A DNA stretch of 63,977 nt, the filler included. It is 5 parts of 5 records of this genome, joined end to end, with 100 filler letters (N's around TTAATTAATTAA, not from the genome) between each part and the next. Parts side by side here need not be neighbours in the genome. Positions count along the whole stretch, not along the records: positions 54,795 to 63,977 come from SRR31147125_24329; 4 more parts are not named here. One strand, written 5' to 3'. Every line of letters begins with the position of its first letter. The stretch's first letter is position 1. Shown here one piece after another: positions 62,494 through 63,977 of this stretch. Made by a program: the position numbers and the translations under genes. The notes below the pieces were generated by a model. It did no database searches. It was not told the origin of the DNA and was given only the letters and a program-made list of their open reading frames with translations.

Positions 62494-63886
62494 TTATTTT
62501 TTATTGGTTATGCTGTTTATATATTTTTCCAGCATCGTATATCTATTCGCACCAATCTTATTTCTATCAGCAGGATCATTCCTATTCAGATTATTTGCAT
62601 CCTCCCATTCATCGGGCATTCCATCATGGTCGGAATCTTTTGGTGCAGGCGCACTTTTGAGTACGGGCCAACCACCGACGTCATTTTGTGTATCAATAAT
62701 TCCGCAAATTTTAGATACATCAGCGACCTTGTGTTCTTTCTTGTAACTGACACCTTCGTATGTCGCAAATCCTCCTCGTGCCTCTTCTATAATCCTTGAA
62801 TCCACAGCATCCCTTTTTGGTAGGATTGCGCCTGCATTGTCGAGAACAGAATGATAGGCTTCAAGAGCGGTTTGTTGATTTATTGGCATGGATGGCCAAG
62901 GTTCATCAAGTTTGATTTTTTCAAAGGCGATTTTTGTCTGTACGCCTCCGTTCCAGTTATCTGCCGAGACAACTGGATTACCTTTAACAACATTATCTGC
63001 TATATACCATTTTCCAAAATCATCTGTTTCATTCCTATAGCCCGGGTTAGCAATTCGAAACGACACCTCACCCGGTTCTGTGGCCGGGCCGGGTTTGTAA
63101 TAATTGGCTATGATATTAAAGTTTGAAAAATTAAATTTATCATTCCCTTGTTGATACTTTTCTCCACCATAAAGACTTTGATAACCCCAGTTATATATTA
63201 CATTGTTTCTGTAATCTGTATTACCGGAACCGGAAGCCATACGAGGATTCCGGCTGGAATGATGAGCCAGCAAATTATGATGATACGTTCCATTATTGCT
63301 TCCCCAAATGCCTCCAAAACCATGCGAACCCTTGATATGATTGGACTTGCTCATACTTTCCGAGATAATACACCATTGGACAGTGACACTATCACAATGG
63401 TAAATCGACACGCATTCATCTACACTCCAGCTTGCTGAAATATGGTCCAGGATAATATTTTTGGTGTATCGGCTGGACACTGCATCATAATCTCCTCCCG
63501 ATTCATCACCCACCCTCACTCTTAGATATCTGATAATGACATGATCGGCATCAATGCTAATAGGATTTTTTTCGGATGCAAATTCCATCCCCTGGCGCTG
63601 TTTGACCAGCTATGGTTATATATGGATTTTTAATCTTTAATGGGCTTTCAAGCTCTATTGTACCTGAAACTCGAAAAACGACTGTTCGTGGCCCTGATGC
63701 CTCAACCGCAGACCGTAAACTTCCTTTTCCGTTATCGTTCAAATTCGTCACTTCGAGAACAGCGCCACCTCGTCCGCCTTTTGCAAACTTGCCGTAGCCT
63801 TCAGCTTCTGGAAATGCAAGTTGTTGAGACCAAACAAATGTGGAAAACAAGAGCAATAACATTGCTAAAATATTTTTTACACTCAT
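62494..63886 (-). CDS. PL1-family pectate lyase, A7 frameshift at 63566-63572
   Basis: [76 protein letters not shown]. Confidence 0.9.
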
Positions 63887-63977
63887 GTCAAATACCTCCA
63901 TTTTATTAAAAAATAGCAATTTATTTGGACATGGAATTTTATTTGAACTGACACCATCTTTTTCAACTAGATCTTTT

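Noticed and set aside
7867-63909. Numerous antisense and alternate-frame ORFs in the track (for example 7867-8478, 8531-9205, 17944-18609, 29065-29628)
   Set aside because: They overlap well-supported genes and show no motifs or RBS.

Overview
The window is five unrelated contigs joined by artificial 100-nt N spacers carrying TTAATTAATTAA (7080-7179, 30742-30841, 37915-38014, 54695-54794). Many genes are split by single-base indels in homopolymer runs, which are probably sequencing errors. All family calls come from recognising motifs by eye; no searches were run. Contig 1 (1-7079, very AT-rich) has the lepA 3' end, a Sia-type signalling operon (two siaB, siaC, siaD, and a SiaC/SiaD-helix/Hpt/CheA-like kinase fusion, with no siaA), a thioredoxin-like gene and sppA. 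Contig 2 (7180-30741, a spore-forming clostridial-type Firmicute) has a c-di-GMP-I riboswitch ahead of an IS3-OrfA-like HTH gene and capD/pglF, and a GerA-type operon with two B subunits. It also has a Crp/Fnr gene divergent from a flavin-based extracellular electron transfer locus (ndh2, dmkB, dmkA, pplA-like, apbE/fmnB), a two-component system with a hidden 39-aa peptide ORF coupled to an ABC exporter, and an orphan AnfO cluster. Contig 3 (30842-37914) has an NtrC-type regulator lacking GAFTGA and a giant DUF4062-STAND-TPR (NLR-like) gene. Contig 4 (38015-54694) has assorted envelope, redox and CAZyme genes plus several decayed genes. Contig 5 (54795-63977) has a BlaI-type repressor with its operators and a pectin-degradation cluster containing DUF1593 proteins. 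The best candidates for an undescribed system are the Sia-gated CheA-like kinase, the riboswitch/OrfA/capD unit, the peptide plus ABC exporter, and the DUF4062-STAND-TPR protein.
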